50,836 nucleotides of DNA, from the IMG/VR virus record IMGVR_UViG_3300017937_000034, positions 1-50,836 of that record; one strand, given 5' to 3'. Position 1 is the stretch's first letter. Every line of letters begins with the position of its first letter. Below the pieces are notes generated by a model, which saw only the letters and a program-made list of their open reading frames with translations, was not told the DNA's origin and ran no database searches. Origin of the DNA: a virus (Duplodnaviria; Caudoviricetes). Of this stretch, positions 9,504 through 18,416 are shown in pieces. Made by a program: the position numbers and the translations under genes.

Positions 9504-10945
9504 CCGCCACTGCCCTACGTCCTGGTGTCCAGATCACGTCCCGTTCGGACGCTCCGCCTCGAGGTATCTCGACCGACACCGGTACCTGGTTCGTGGTCGG
9601 TACGGCGCAGAAGGGCCCGACGGGCAAAGCTCAGCTGATCCACTCCATGACGGAGTTCGCCTACTACTTCGGCTCGCGGCAGTCCTACTCGATCTTGTGG
9701 GACGCCCTCGAGACCTTCTTCAAGGAGGGCGGCCAACAGGCCTACGTCGTTCGCGTCTCGGGTACGTCGAGCGCAGCGGCTACCAAGACCCTGCTCGACG
9801 GATCGGCGGGCAACTCCCTGGTCGTCACGGCGAAGAACGTCGGCGTCTGGGGCAACTCGCTCAGCGTCGCCGTGACCCAACCGGTCGCTAACACGTTCCA
9901 GCTCGCCATCACCCACACCACCCTGGGCCTGGTCGATCTCTCGCCGTACCTGACGACGCAGGCCGACGCCGTGAACTGGTCACGCAACTCGGACTGGGTA
10001 AACGTCGCGATCGGTGCCAGTTCTCTGATCCCGGCTGTGGCCGCCGCGTCGGCGCTCACGGGCGGCGCAGACGACATCTCCGGTGTCAGCGACACTCAGC
10101 GTCAGACCGCACTCAGCTACTTCACTGCCGACCTCGGCCCTGGCCAAGTGTCCATCCCGGGCAACGTGACCACGGCTAACCGCACTGCTCTCATCGCTCA
10201 CGCTCGCGCCTACGGCCGTGAAGCCATCCTCGACGACACGGACACCTCGAGTCGCTCGGCCATCGTCACCGAAGCCGTGAGCCTCCAAGGCGATGAGTTC
10301 GGCGCGTTGTTCGCACCTTGGTGCGTGATCCCGCCGTACTTGCCTCAGCAGTCGCCTCGTGTCGTCCCGCCGTGCGCCTTGGTCGCCGGTCTGATGGCCC
10401 GTTCGGACGCCACGAACTCGCCCAACGTCCCCGCTGCTGGTGACAACGGTCGAGCACGCTTCGTCCTAGACGTGACCCAGCCAGCTTGGAGTGACTCAGA
10501 CCGCGACGCGCTCAACACTGCTGGCTGCAACATCATTCGAAACTTCAACGGCGCCGTCGAGCTCTACGGCATCCGGACGCTGGCCAACCCCAACGGCGAC
10601 ACGTCCTGGCTCGATCTTGCCAACCAGCGCTTCCGCAACCTGCTGTACGCCGACCTGAACGACGTAGCGCAGTCGTTCGTGTTCGACCAGATCGATGGTC
10701 GCGGCCTCAAGACCGCCGAGTTCGCCGGCGCGCTCACCGCTGTGCTCAATCGCTACCTGACGGCCGGCGCTCTCTATGGTGACAGCCCCGACTCGGCCTT
10801 CCGTGTGGACGTGGGCCCCGGCATCAACACTCAGACCACGCTCGCCAACAACGAGCTGCACGCCGTCGTGAGCGTTCGCATCAGCCCCTCGGCTGAGCTT
10901 GTGGTCATCGAAGTGGCGAAGGTGTCGGTGGCTCAATCGTTATGA
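9500..10945 (+). CDS. Contractile tail sheath protein
   Basis: PGVQI N-terminus, FFKEGG..AYVVRV, VPPCALVAGLMAR.D, YGIRTL and SPSAELV. Confidence 0.95.
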   Translation: MTATALRPGVQITSRSDAPPRGISTDTGTWFVVGTAQKGPTGKAQLIHSMTEFAYYFGSRQSYSILWDALETFFKEGGQQAYVVRVSGTSSAAATKTLLDGSAGNSLVVTAKNVGVWGNSLSVAVTQPVANTFQLAITHTTLGLVDLSPYLTTQADAVNWSRNSDWVNVAIGASSLIPAVAAASALTGGADDISGVSDTQRQTALSYFTADLGPGQVSIPGNVTTANRTALIAHARAYGREAILDDTDTSSRSAIVTEAVSLQGDEFGALFAPWCVIPPYLPQQSPRVVPPCALVAGLMARSDATNSPNVPAAGDNGRARFVLDVTQPAWSDSDRDALNTAGCNIIRNFNGAVELYGIRTLANPNGDTSWLDLANQRFRNLLYADLNDVAQSFVFDQIDGRGLKTAEFAGALTAVLNRYLTAGALYGDSPDSAFRVDVGPGINTQTTLANNELHAVVSVRISPSAELVVIEVAKVSVAQSL

Positions 10946-10966
10946 CCTTGACCAGGAGCATCCAAC

Positions 10967-11380
10967 ATGGCTGATGGCCGCAATGACCAGTACCTCATCA
11001 CGGCAAGCGTGGCCGGCGTGCCGCTGGGCATCTACGACAAGCACAAGGGCGGCGACACCGACTCGCCGGAGAAGAAGTACCGCGGCGGCGGCATGGGCCC
11101 GCAGGTCTCTCTTGGCGGACAGCCCGAGGTCAGCAACGTCACCATCACCCGTCTATACGACCGCGACCGCGATGTAGACCTCGTTCGCTGGTTGCGTACT
11201 CAGATTGGCCAGCCGATGTCGGTCTCTCGCCAGCCGCTCGATGCCAACAAGAACCCAAAGGGGCGTCCGGACGTGTTCACCGGCAAGTTGAAGAAGGTGT
11301 CTCCCACCGACGTCGACTCCGAAGGCAACGCTCCCGACACCTACGACCTCGAACTCTCGACCGAAGGGACCATCGCATGA
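10967..11380 (+). CDS. Tail tube protein
   Basis: 137 aa after the sheath gene, AGGAG SD; SNVTITR motif. Confidence 0.8.
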   Translation: MADGRNDQYLITASVAGVPLGIYDKHKGGDTDSPEKKYRGGGMGPQVSLGGQPEVSNVTITRLYDRDRDVDLVRWLRTQIGQPMSVSRQPLDANKNPKGRPDVFTGKLKKVSPTDVDSEGNAPDTYDLELSTEGTIA

Positions 11381-11856
11381 GCGGGATCAGCGCACTGCAG
11401 CAGCTGGCACAGCGCCGAGAGGCCATCGCTGAGAAGCTCATCTTGGACCTCCCCATCCCGCACTGGGAGGCACCGAATCCGGAGATTCACGTGCTCTACA
11501 AGCCCGTTGACCACACGCTTGTTCGCAAGAACGCAGTCGCAGTCGAGAAGGCCAAGGGCGACAAGGCGACGGCCGAGATGAACCACACGGCCGACCTGTT
11601 GATCGGTAGCTGCACGGGCATCTACGCGCTCGTCGACGGAGAGCGTTACAGCCTCAACCCCGACGAGCCCGAAGGAGACCTCACCACTTTCGACGACGAC
11701 CTAGCGCGCAACCTCGGCATGGAAGGCGCTCCGGCTCGCGCGATCCTTCGCAAGTTGTTCATCAACGACGGCGACGTGCTAGCTCACAGCCGTCAGCTCG
11801 TCGAGTGGAGTGGCTACAGCGACCAAGACCTCGACGAAGGCCTCTCGGGGGAATAG
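11377..11856 (+). CDS. Tail assembly chaperone (G-like)
   Basis: Between tube and tape measure genes; ends in slippery GGGGGAA just before TAG. Confidence 0.8.
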   Translation: MSGISALQQLAQRREAIAEKLILDLPIPHWEAPNPEIHVLYKPVDHTLVRKNAVAVEKAKGDKATAEMNHTADLLIGSCTGIYALVDGERYSLNPDEPEGDLTTFDDDLARNLGMEGAPARAILRKLFINDGDVLAHSRQLVEWSGYSDQDLDEGLSGE

Positions 11857-12056
11857 CTCGCCACCCGGCGGTCCGAACCGCCGCGGTGGCCGCTGGGCTC
11901 CTCGGCATTGACCCGACGCCGTTCCTCACTGCTGACAGACTGAAGAGCCAAGTGCTCAACGAAGTCGTGAACCAAGCCGTGGAATTCCGTAACCAACAAC
12001 TGAAGAGCCTCACCATCGAGATTGCCAACAACCTTGGCAAGGTCCTCGGGGGCTGA
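11847..12056 (+). CDS. -1 frameshift extension of the tail chaperone (GT-like)
   Basis: The -1 frame is open from GGGGGAA (11847-11853) to TGA 12056, three bases before the tape measure gene. Confidence 0.72.
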   Translation, partial: GGIARHPAVRTAAVAAGLLGIDPTPFLTADRLKSQVLNEVVNQAVEFRNQQLKSLTIEIANNLGKVLGG

Positions 12057-12059
12057 TCG

Positions 12060-13970
12060 GTGGGCCTGACCGACAACGAAGAGGTCGGCGTACGGCTGAC
12101 GATCAACGGCCAGGAGGTCTTCAGCTCCAAGGCCAAGCTCGCGCAGGAGTCGATCAAAGGCATCGGCGACGAAGCCGAGCGGACGAACCTCAAGACTCGA
12201 GCCTCCGCCGGAAGCATGGACGTCTTCAGCGGGGCGGCCAGCGGGCTGTCTACCGCCGCCGGCTACGCGGTTACAGCTCTCAAGTGGACCGGCGCGGCGT
12301 TCGGTGTAGCTGGACTTGCAGCCACTATCTATGGCGTCAAGACGGCGGCGACGTTCGAGCAGACTAACATCGCCTTCACGACGATGCTCGGCTCCCAGTC
12401 GGCCGCGACGAGCTTCCTCAACGACATTCAGACGTTCGCCCAGCAGACGCCGTTCAACTTCTCGGGCCTGATCCAGACCAGCGAGCGCATGCTTGCTCTT
12501 GGGTTCCAGACCAAAGAGATCATCCCTGACCTGACGGCCATCGGTAACGCCGCGTCGGCCCTCGGAACTGGCCAGGACGGCATCGATCGCACCGTGCTCG
12601 CGCTGGGCCAGATGCGAAACTCTGCGCACCTCAACGCGCAAGACATGATGCAGCTGACCAACGCGAACATCAACGGTTGGCAGTACCTCGCAGACGCCGC
12701 CCACAAGTCGATCGCCCAGGTCCGTGAAGACGCTCAGAAGGGCATCATCGATCCCCGCCAGGCGGCCGACGTCATCCTCAAGGGCCTCGCGGATGATCCC
12801 AAGTTCAAGGGCATGATGGACGCCCAGTCCAAGACCTTCATCGGCCAGCTCTCGAACCTCGAGGACTCCCTCCAGCGCAAGATGCGCGAGGGCTTCACCC
12901 CTCTGATGGAGGACATGAAGCGGGAAATCCCGCTCGTCTCGCGCCTCGCCGACTCTGCCATCGTGAGCCTTGCCAGCTTCACCTCGAACCTGGTCACCGG
13001 AGCGCAGGAGCTGAACGCCGCCTACAAGCAGGGCGGGATCACCGGAGTGCTGGACAAGATCGGTCAGTGGACCGGCACTGGCCGCTTGTTCTCGACGCTG
13101 TGGCACCAGATCAGCGACGACTCCAGCAACCTCGCCAAGATACTGAGGAACTCAGTCCTCCCCGGCATCCAAGACGTCGCCCGTGCCTTCGGGCCGGAGT
13201 TCATGATGGTGCTCGGTACGGTCCACGAGATTCTGAAGTGGATGGCGGATCACCCCACCGCTGCGCGGCTCATCTTCGACGGCATCGCCATGTCGATCAT
13301 TGGTTACAAGCTGGTCGGACTCATCACCGGCGTAGCTGATGCCATCTTCGCCCTCGAAGGCAAGCTGTTGAGCGCCGGCGGTGCAGCAATCACGTTTGGT
13401 AACGAGGTTGCGAGCGGGGTGAGTGTCGCGGATGCCGCCGCAGCGGCCGGCGGAGCACCGTCAGCAGCGCAGGCAGCAAAACAGGCCGGTACGGCAGCGA
13501 CGATCGGCTCAATCGGCGGCAAGGTCCTCAAAGGCGCCGGCGTCGCCGCACTCGCTTACGCGGGGTACGAGGGCGGAAAGGCGCTCGACAAGTACATACA
13601 GGGCACCGGCAGCAACTGGATGGACAAGGTGTTTGGCGAAGGTGGGAGCGGCGACGCTGACAAGAAGGCAATGCACGAGCGCAACCTCTACGACCGTGCC
13701 CACGGCCAGCCCGACACCTACCCCGGCATGGCGAATGGCGGCACCGTCTCGACCGGCGGATGGTCGTGGGTTGGCGAGCGCGGGCCCGAACTCCTCCATC
13801 TCAACGCCGGCGCTCAGGTCCTACCGCTGACCAACGGCCAGCGACAAAGTGCAGGAAGCGTCGTGTTCCAAGACGGGGCCATCCGTGTCTCCGGCGCTGA
13901 CGTGCTCAACGCTCAGGCCACTGCCGACATCCTCGTGCAGCAGATCAAAGACAAGCTGGCCCGGAATTGA
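12060..13970 (+). CDS. Tape measure protein
   Basis: FAQQTPF tape-measure motif, Ala/Gly-rich helices, C-terminal ANGG...VGERGPEL. Confidence 0.92.
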   Translation: MGLTDNEEVGVRLTINGQEVFSSKAKLAQESIKGIGDEAERTNLKTRASAGSMDVFSGAASGLSTAAGYAVTALKWTGAAFGVAGLAATIYGVKTAATFEQTNIAFTTMLGSQSAATSFLNDIQTFAQQTPFNFSGLIQTSERMLALGFQTKEIIPDLTAIGNAASALGTGQDGIDRTVLALGQMRNSAHLNAQDMMQLTNANINGWQYLADAAHKSIAQVREDAQKGIIDPRQAADVILKGLADDPKFKGMMDAQSKTFIGQLSNLEDSLQRKMREGFTPLMEDMKREIPLVSRLADSAIVSLASFTSNLVTGAQELNAAYKQGGITGVLDKIGQWTGTGRLFSTLWHQISDDSSNLAKILRNSVLPGIQDVARAFGPEFMMVLGTVHEILKWMADHPTAARLIFDGIAMSIIGYKLVGLITGVADAIFALEGKLLSAGGAAITFGNEVASGVSVADAAAAAGGAPSAAQAAKQAGTAATIGSIGGKVLKGAGVAALAYAGYEGGKALDKYIQGTGSNWMDKVFGEGGSGDADKKAMHERNLYDRAHGQPDTYPGMANGGTVSTGGWSWVGERGPELLHLNAGAQVLPLTNGQRQSAGSVVFQDGAIRVSGADVLNAQATADILVQQIKDKLARN

Positions 13971-14665
13971 GCGACTTCCCCACCGTGCCCACCGTGACTT
14001 TGACGCCGGTGAACTACCCGGGCGCCCAGGTCACCGTCCAGCTCAACGGGGATGTCCCGACGCCAAGCGGCGGCATCGCGAAGTGGCGCCAGATTTCTCG
14101 GCCACGTCGTCGGGATGTTCTGGAGTTCGACAGCGAAGACCCGCTCAAGCTGGCGTTTGGCATCATGCTCGAGCAGCAGGGTGGCGAGGTCGAGTCCCTC
14201 TGCGGGCGCATCTACGGGTGGGCGGCACGCAACTCCTTCGACGAACCGACGGTCGTCCACATCGCTGGTCCGGTCCCGTACCCGGAGCTCGACTACGTCA
14301 TTACCAAGATCGATGTCGGCGACGAGGTTCGACGCGGCCCTGACGGTCAACGGTGGCGGCAGGAACTCCGACTCGAACTGACCGAGTACCAGCGGCCCGA
14401 CCTCATCACCCAGAGTCCCTCACCCGCAGCAGCGGCCACGGCAGCTGCTTCCGCTCCAAGCTCGCCGGCGACCACAGATGTACTCATCCAAGCGGCCACG
14501 GGAGGCGGGTCGTCGAAGACGTACACGGTGCGCAAGGGTGACACGCTCAGCGCCATCGCTGCCCGCCAGCTCGGCAACGCCAACCGGTGGCAGGACATAG
14601 CTAATCTCAACGGCGTCCGCGATCCCCGCACCCTCAAGGTCGGGCAAGTCCTCAAGCTCCCGTAA
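13967..14665 (+). CDS. LysM-containing tail tube initiator/baseplate protein
   Basis: C-terminal YTVRKGDTLSAIA...IANLN...LKVGQVLKLP. Confidence 0.88.
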   Translation: MSDFPTVPTVTLTPVNYPGAQVTVQLNGDVPTPSGGIAKWRQISRPRRRDVLEFDSEDPLKLAFGIMLEQQGGEVESLCGRIYGWAARNSFDEPTVVHIAGPVPYPELDYVITKIDVGDEVRRGPDGQRWRQELRLELTEYQRPDLITQSPSPAAAATAAASAPSSPATTDVLIQAATGGGSSKTYTVRKGDTLSAIAARQLGNANRWQDIANLNGVRDPRTLKVGQVLKLP

Positions 14666-16269
14666 TGGCATCTGATCTCAACCTCGACACGCTTCTCATC
14701 GAAGGCCAGACGATCAAAGCCGAAGTCGCGTCTGCCATCTCAGCGGCTGATATCGAGCGGACCATCGACGGTTGCCCGACGCTGTCGCTCACAATCGAGG
14801 ACCCGCACCGAACACTCCTTCGCCAGGGCTACTTCGCTCAGCGCCTCACCTGCCAAATCGATGACCACGCCTTCGAGCTCGCCCAACTCAAGAAGACGAA
14901 GGACCAGATCATCCTGGTGATGGAAGACCTAGCCGTGGCCGAGCTTCGTCGACACACGGATCCTCGCAAGGCCGACCCGGGCACCGTCACTCGCGTCGAG
15001 TTCGTACGCAACATCTTGGCGTCCGAGACTCCGTGGATACAGCTGTTCGTGGACCCATCGGTCAAGGAGGAAGTGGCCAAGGTTGAGCTCGCCCGTGGCT
15101 ACGTCGCCTCGGCAAGCTCCGGCAGCTCGGCGGTGAACGAGAGCTACTTCGGCTCAGCCACCGACTCGTCTGGCACCGCGACCAGCACCTCATCGACCAC
15201 CGACTCGGCGTCACAGGAGTCGGCCGATTACCGGAACAAGGTGGCGGCGCTCCAAGGCACGGCAGAGGACTCTTGGACGTGCTTTAAGCGCATCTTCGCC
15301 GAAGTGAACTGGAACCTCTATGCCGACAAGGGCAACCTCTACGCAGGTCCCGACTCGGCGTTCATCGACAAGACGCCGGCGTTCTCGATCGTCGAGTTCA
15401 ACGACGCCCAGGAGACGACACCGCAGGGTGACGGCTCGAGGAACGTCATCAGTGTCGACTGGATCGACTTCGACTGGGATGTCGGCAAGGTCATCGCCAC
15501 CGCGACGATCAGCTGTCGTGCGGAGCGGTGGGTATGCCCGCCCGGCACGGTCGTGTCGCTTCCCAACATCGGCATCCCCCTCAACTGGGTCTGCTCGAGC
15601 ATCAAGCGAAGCGTGTTCAGCACGGTGACGACCATCGTGGTCAAGGCGCCTGCTCCCGAGCTGCCCGAACCACCGGCTCCGGCTAGCGCTGGGTCTGTCG
15701 ACGCCGGCTACTTCGGACCGATGTCAGACCAGGTCATTGACGGTTCGGCTGGGTCGACGACCGGTGACTACGTCTGGCCCGTCAACGGTGCGCATCAGAT
15801 CACCAGTCCATTCGGCCAGCGGGCACGCGACTTCCACGCGGGTATCGACATCGCCTGCCCCGATGGCACGCCGGTCTTCGCATCGCGTGATGGGACGGTT
15901 ACCCAGGTCTACAACGACCCAGGCGGCTACGGCAACGTCGTCTACATCGCCCATAGAGCACCGGGTGCCGACAAGGTGGTAGGTCCGGTGGCATCGACAG
16001 TCGAGACTCGATACGGACACTTGAGCGCGTTCGGCTGCCGTCGTGGTCAGGTGGTGCAGCAAGGCCAAGCCATCGCCTTGAGCGGACACAGCGGGGATGC
16101 GACCGGCCCTCACCTGCACTTCGAGATTCGGATCAATGGGAAGCCCACTGACCCGCAGCCTCTCCTGTCAGCGACGACACCCGTGAAGCTGGGAAGTCCC
16201 GCCCCCGCGACCAAGGCACCGATCTCAGGTGCCTTCAGTGACGCCGAACTAGCCCAGCTGCTCAGCTGA
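14665..16269 (+). CDS. Baseplate hub protein with C-terminal M23 peptidase
   Basis: HAGIDI, YGHLS and GPHLHFE M23 zinc motifs; hub-like N-terminus by synteny. Confidence 0.85.
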   Translation: MASDLNLDTLLIEGQTIKAEVASAISAADIERTIDGCPTLSLTIEDPHRTLLRQGYFAQRLTCQIDDHAFELAQLKKTKDQIILVMEDLAVAELRRHTDPRKADPGTVTRVEFVRNILASETPWIQLFVDPSVKEEVAKVELARGYVASASSGSSAVNESYFGSATDSSGTATSTSSTTDSASQESADYRNKVAALQGTAEDSWTCFKRIFAEVNWNLYADKGNLYAGPDSAFIDKTPAFSIVEFNDAQETTPQGDGSRNVISVDWIDFDWDVGKVIATATISCRAERWVCPPGTVVSLPNIGIPLNWVCSSIKRSVFSTVTTIVVKAPAPELPEPPAPASAGSVDAGYFGPMSDQVIDGSAGSTTGDYVWPVNGAHQITSPFGQRARDFHAGIDIACPDGTPVFASRDGTVTQVYNDPGGYGNVVYIAHRAPGADKVVGPVASTVETRYGHLSAFGCRRGQVVQQGQAIALSGHSGDATGPHLHFEIRINGKPTDPQPLLSATTPVKLGSPAPATKAPISGAFSDAELAQLLS

Positions 16270-16544
16270 TGAGCCACATCGATCCGTTCAACGAGTTGCT
16301 CGCCGGCAAGCGCCAGCCGCCGGCGCAGCCTCAGGTCCGCACGGCGATGCAGGGCACTATCCAAGACGTCTATGACACGACGGCGACCTTCGTGCTCGAC
16401 GACTACGGCAAGGACCATCGCTTCGGCCCCGCTCCCTTCTCGGACAACGGGAGCTTCCCTCAGTCCGGCGACATCTGCCTCGTCGTCTTCAGCGGTTCTG
16501 GCGTCGACAAGCCATGGATCGTTGGTTGGGCTCGACCGAGCTAG
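16269..16544 (+). CDS. Short baseplate spike/OB-fold protein
   Basis: PQSGDICLVVF...PWIVGW resembles the gpV/gp45 N-domain. Confidence 0.65.
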   Translation: MSHIDPFNELLAGKRQPPAQPQVRTAMQGTIQDVYDTTATFVLDDYGKDHRFGPAPFSDNGSFPQSGDICLVVFSGSGVDKPWIVGWARPS

Positions 16545-16556
16545 CCTTTGTCGATC

Positions 16557-16880
16557 ATGGCGTTACCGCACCTCGCACTCCCATTCCGCTTCGTGAACGG
16601 AGCAGCGGCAACAGTCGAACAGGACACGCCAGACGAGATCGCGCAGTGCGTGGAGGTGCTCCTTCGAACCGTGACGGGCCAGCGAATCGAAGTCCCCGGC
16701 TTCGGCATTGCTGATCCCCTCTTCACCCAGGAGAGCAGTCGCTCGACGCCGAACGTCCTGGCTCAGATCAAGACGTGGGAGCCAAGGGCACGGTCAGCCG
16801 TGTCCGACAGGGTCGAGAGTCGAGACGAGCTCGTGAGGAACATCAAGGTCACGCTTGAGGTCGCCGATGTCAACTTCTAG
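16557..16880 (+). CDS. Baseplate wedge protein (gp25/gpW-like)
   Basis: PFRF, T..GQR...PGFG and WEPR motifs. Confidence 0.85.
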   Translation: MALPHLALPFRFVNGAAATVEQDTPDEIAQCVEVLLRTVTGQRIEVPGFGIADPLFTQESSRSTPNVLAQIKTWEPRARSAVSDRVESRDELVRNIKVTLEVADVNF

Positions 16881-17991
16881 CTACATCGTCGTTCCGATCG
16901 AGACAGACCCGAACACGCTGAGTCTCGAAGCACTGCAGTACCTCATGACCATCGCGCCGGGTTGGACGCCGCATGAGGGCAACATCGAGGTCTGGATTCT
17001 GGAGATCGTGGCCCGGCTCGAAGCCGAGACGCGCGACGTTGCCTCGCGGGTGACGAAAGAAATCTTCCGCTACTTCGGCAAGTCCTTGCTGAACATCCCG
17101 GCCATTGACGGCAGTCCGGCTACCGCGACGAGCACCTGGACCATGCGTGACGCAACTGGTTACACGATCCCGGCTGGCGCGGTCGTCGCTTACCAGCCCT
17201 CGGGCACCTCGCAGGCCTACTTCCGCGTCGTGAACTCCGTGGTCGTTCCGCCGGGCAACATCCAGACCGGCACAGGAGAAGTCCTACTCAGCGCGGTTGT
17301 GTCCGGGTCATCGGGCAATGGGCTTGCCGCCGGTCAGGTTGCGCTTGTCGACTCGCTCAGCTTCGTATCCAGCGCAAGCGCCGAGACCGTCACTGCGGGC
17401 GGCGTTGATCCTGAGACCGACGACGCCTACCTAGACCGTCTTCGCGGCGAGCTCAAGCTGCTCGCGCCACGACCCATCCTTCCCAGGGACTTCGCAACCA
17501 TGGCGCGCAACCAAGCCGGCGTCGCTCGCTCGGTGGCGATTGACGGATACAACCCCACCGACGGCACGACCGACAACGAGCGCATGGTCGCTGTCGCACT
17601 CGCTGACGCCTCTGGCAATCCCGTCACGGACGACATCAAGTCGACGGTGCGGGCGTACCTTGAGTCGCTGCGAGAGGTGAACTTCGTCGTCAACGTGGTG
17701 GACGCCGACTACACGACCGTCGACGTCAACGCGTCCGTCAAGGTTCTCGATGGCTTCGATGCCTCAACTGTGGTTACTGCTGCCACCCAGGCCGTCACTG
17801 CGTTCCTTCAACCCTCGGCCTGGCCCTGGGAGAACACGCTCCGCTACAACCAGCTCGTCGCACTGATCGCAGGGGTTCCAGGCGTCGAGTACGTCGCAGC
17901 GATCACGACTCCGTCTGATGACCTAACGCTGGGAACAGTGGCTAGCCTGGTGCGGGCCGGAGCCATCAGCATCACGGCGGTCGACAACTAA
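16867..17991 (+). CDS. Baseplate J-like protein
   Basis: GGVDPETDDAYLDR and VPGVEYV motifs. Confidence 0.9.
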   Translation: MSTSSYIVVPIETDPNTLSLEALQYLMTIAPGWTPHEGNIEVWILEIVARLEAETRDVASRVTKEIFRYFGKSLLNIPAIDGSPATATSTWTMRDATGYTIPAGAVVAYQPSGTSQAYFRVVNSVVVPPGNIQTGTGEVLLSAVVSGSSGNGLAAGQVALVDSLSFVSSASAETVTAGGVDPETDDAYLDRLRGELKLLAPRPILPRDFATMARNQAGVARSVAIDGYNPTDGTTDNERMVAVALADASGNPVTDDIKSTVRAYLESLREVNFVVNVVDADYTTVDVNASVKVLDGFDASTVVTAATQAVTAFLQPSAWPWENTLRYNQLVALIAGVPGVEYVAAITTPSDDLTLGTVASLVRAGAISITAVDN

Positions 17992-18003
17992 ACAGAGGCC
18001 CGC

Positions 18004-18402
18004 TTGACCAAGACCATTGCTTCACGAAACGACACGCTCAAGATCGTCACCGGCCAGACGCCGGCGGTAGCAGCGGGCCTGACGCCATACGTCGCTCTGT
18101 TCACCGTGATGCCAGCCGATGACGGCACGGGCGGCACTGAGGTCAGCGGCACGGGGTACGCCCGGATCAACTCAGCTGGAAAGTGGGCCGTCCCGTCCGC
18201 CGGGTCCGTCGCCAATAGCGCAACGATCGACTTCGGAACGTCTGGCGGGTCTTGGGGCACTGTCGTCGGTTGGGCGATCATGACAGCCTCATCCGGCGGC
18301 ACCATGCTCCGTAAGGGCTCGATCACACCGAACGTCTCGATCCCCTCGGGCACACCGGTGTCCTTCCCAGCGGGCAGTTTGCAGCTGTCAGAGATCAGTT
18401 AG
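18004..18402 (+). CDS. Tail fibre-associated structural protein
   Basis: YVALFT...GTEVSGTGYAR...SWGTV motif common in phage tail genes. Confidence 0.75.
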   Translation: MTKTIASRNDTLKIVTGQTPAVAAGLTPYVALFTVMPADDGTGGTEVSGTGYARINSAGKWAVPSAGSVANSATIDFGTSGGSWGTVVGWAIMTASSGGTMLRKGSITPNVSIPSGTPVSFPAGSLQLSEIS

Positions 18403-18416
18403 GACCGGCGGCCTAG

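Noticed and set aside
11814-13106. Long antisense ORFs (also 18660-19601 and 40583-41809)
   Set aside because: Typical GC-rich shadow frames opposite well-supported genes.
9500-17991. Extracellular contractile injection system/tailocin
   Set aside because: Terminase, portal, protease and capsid genes are present, so this is a phage tail.
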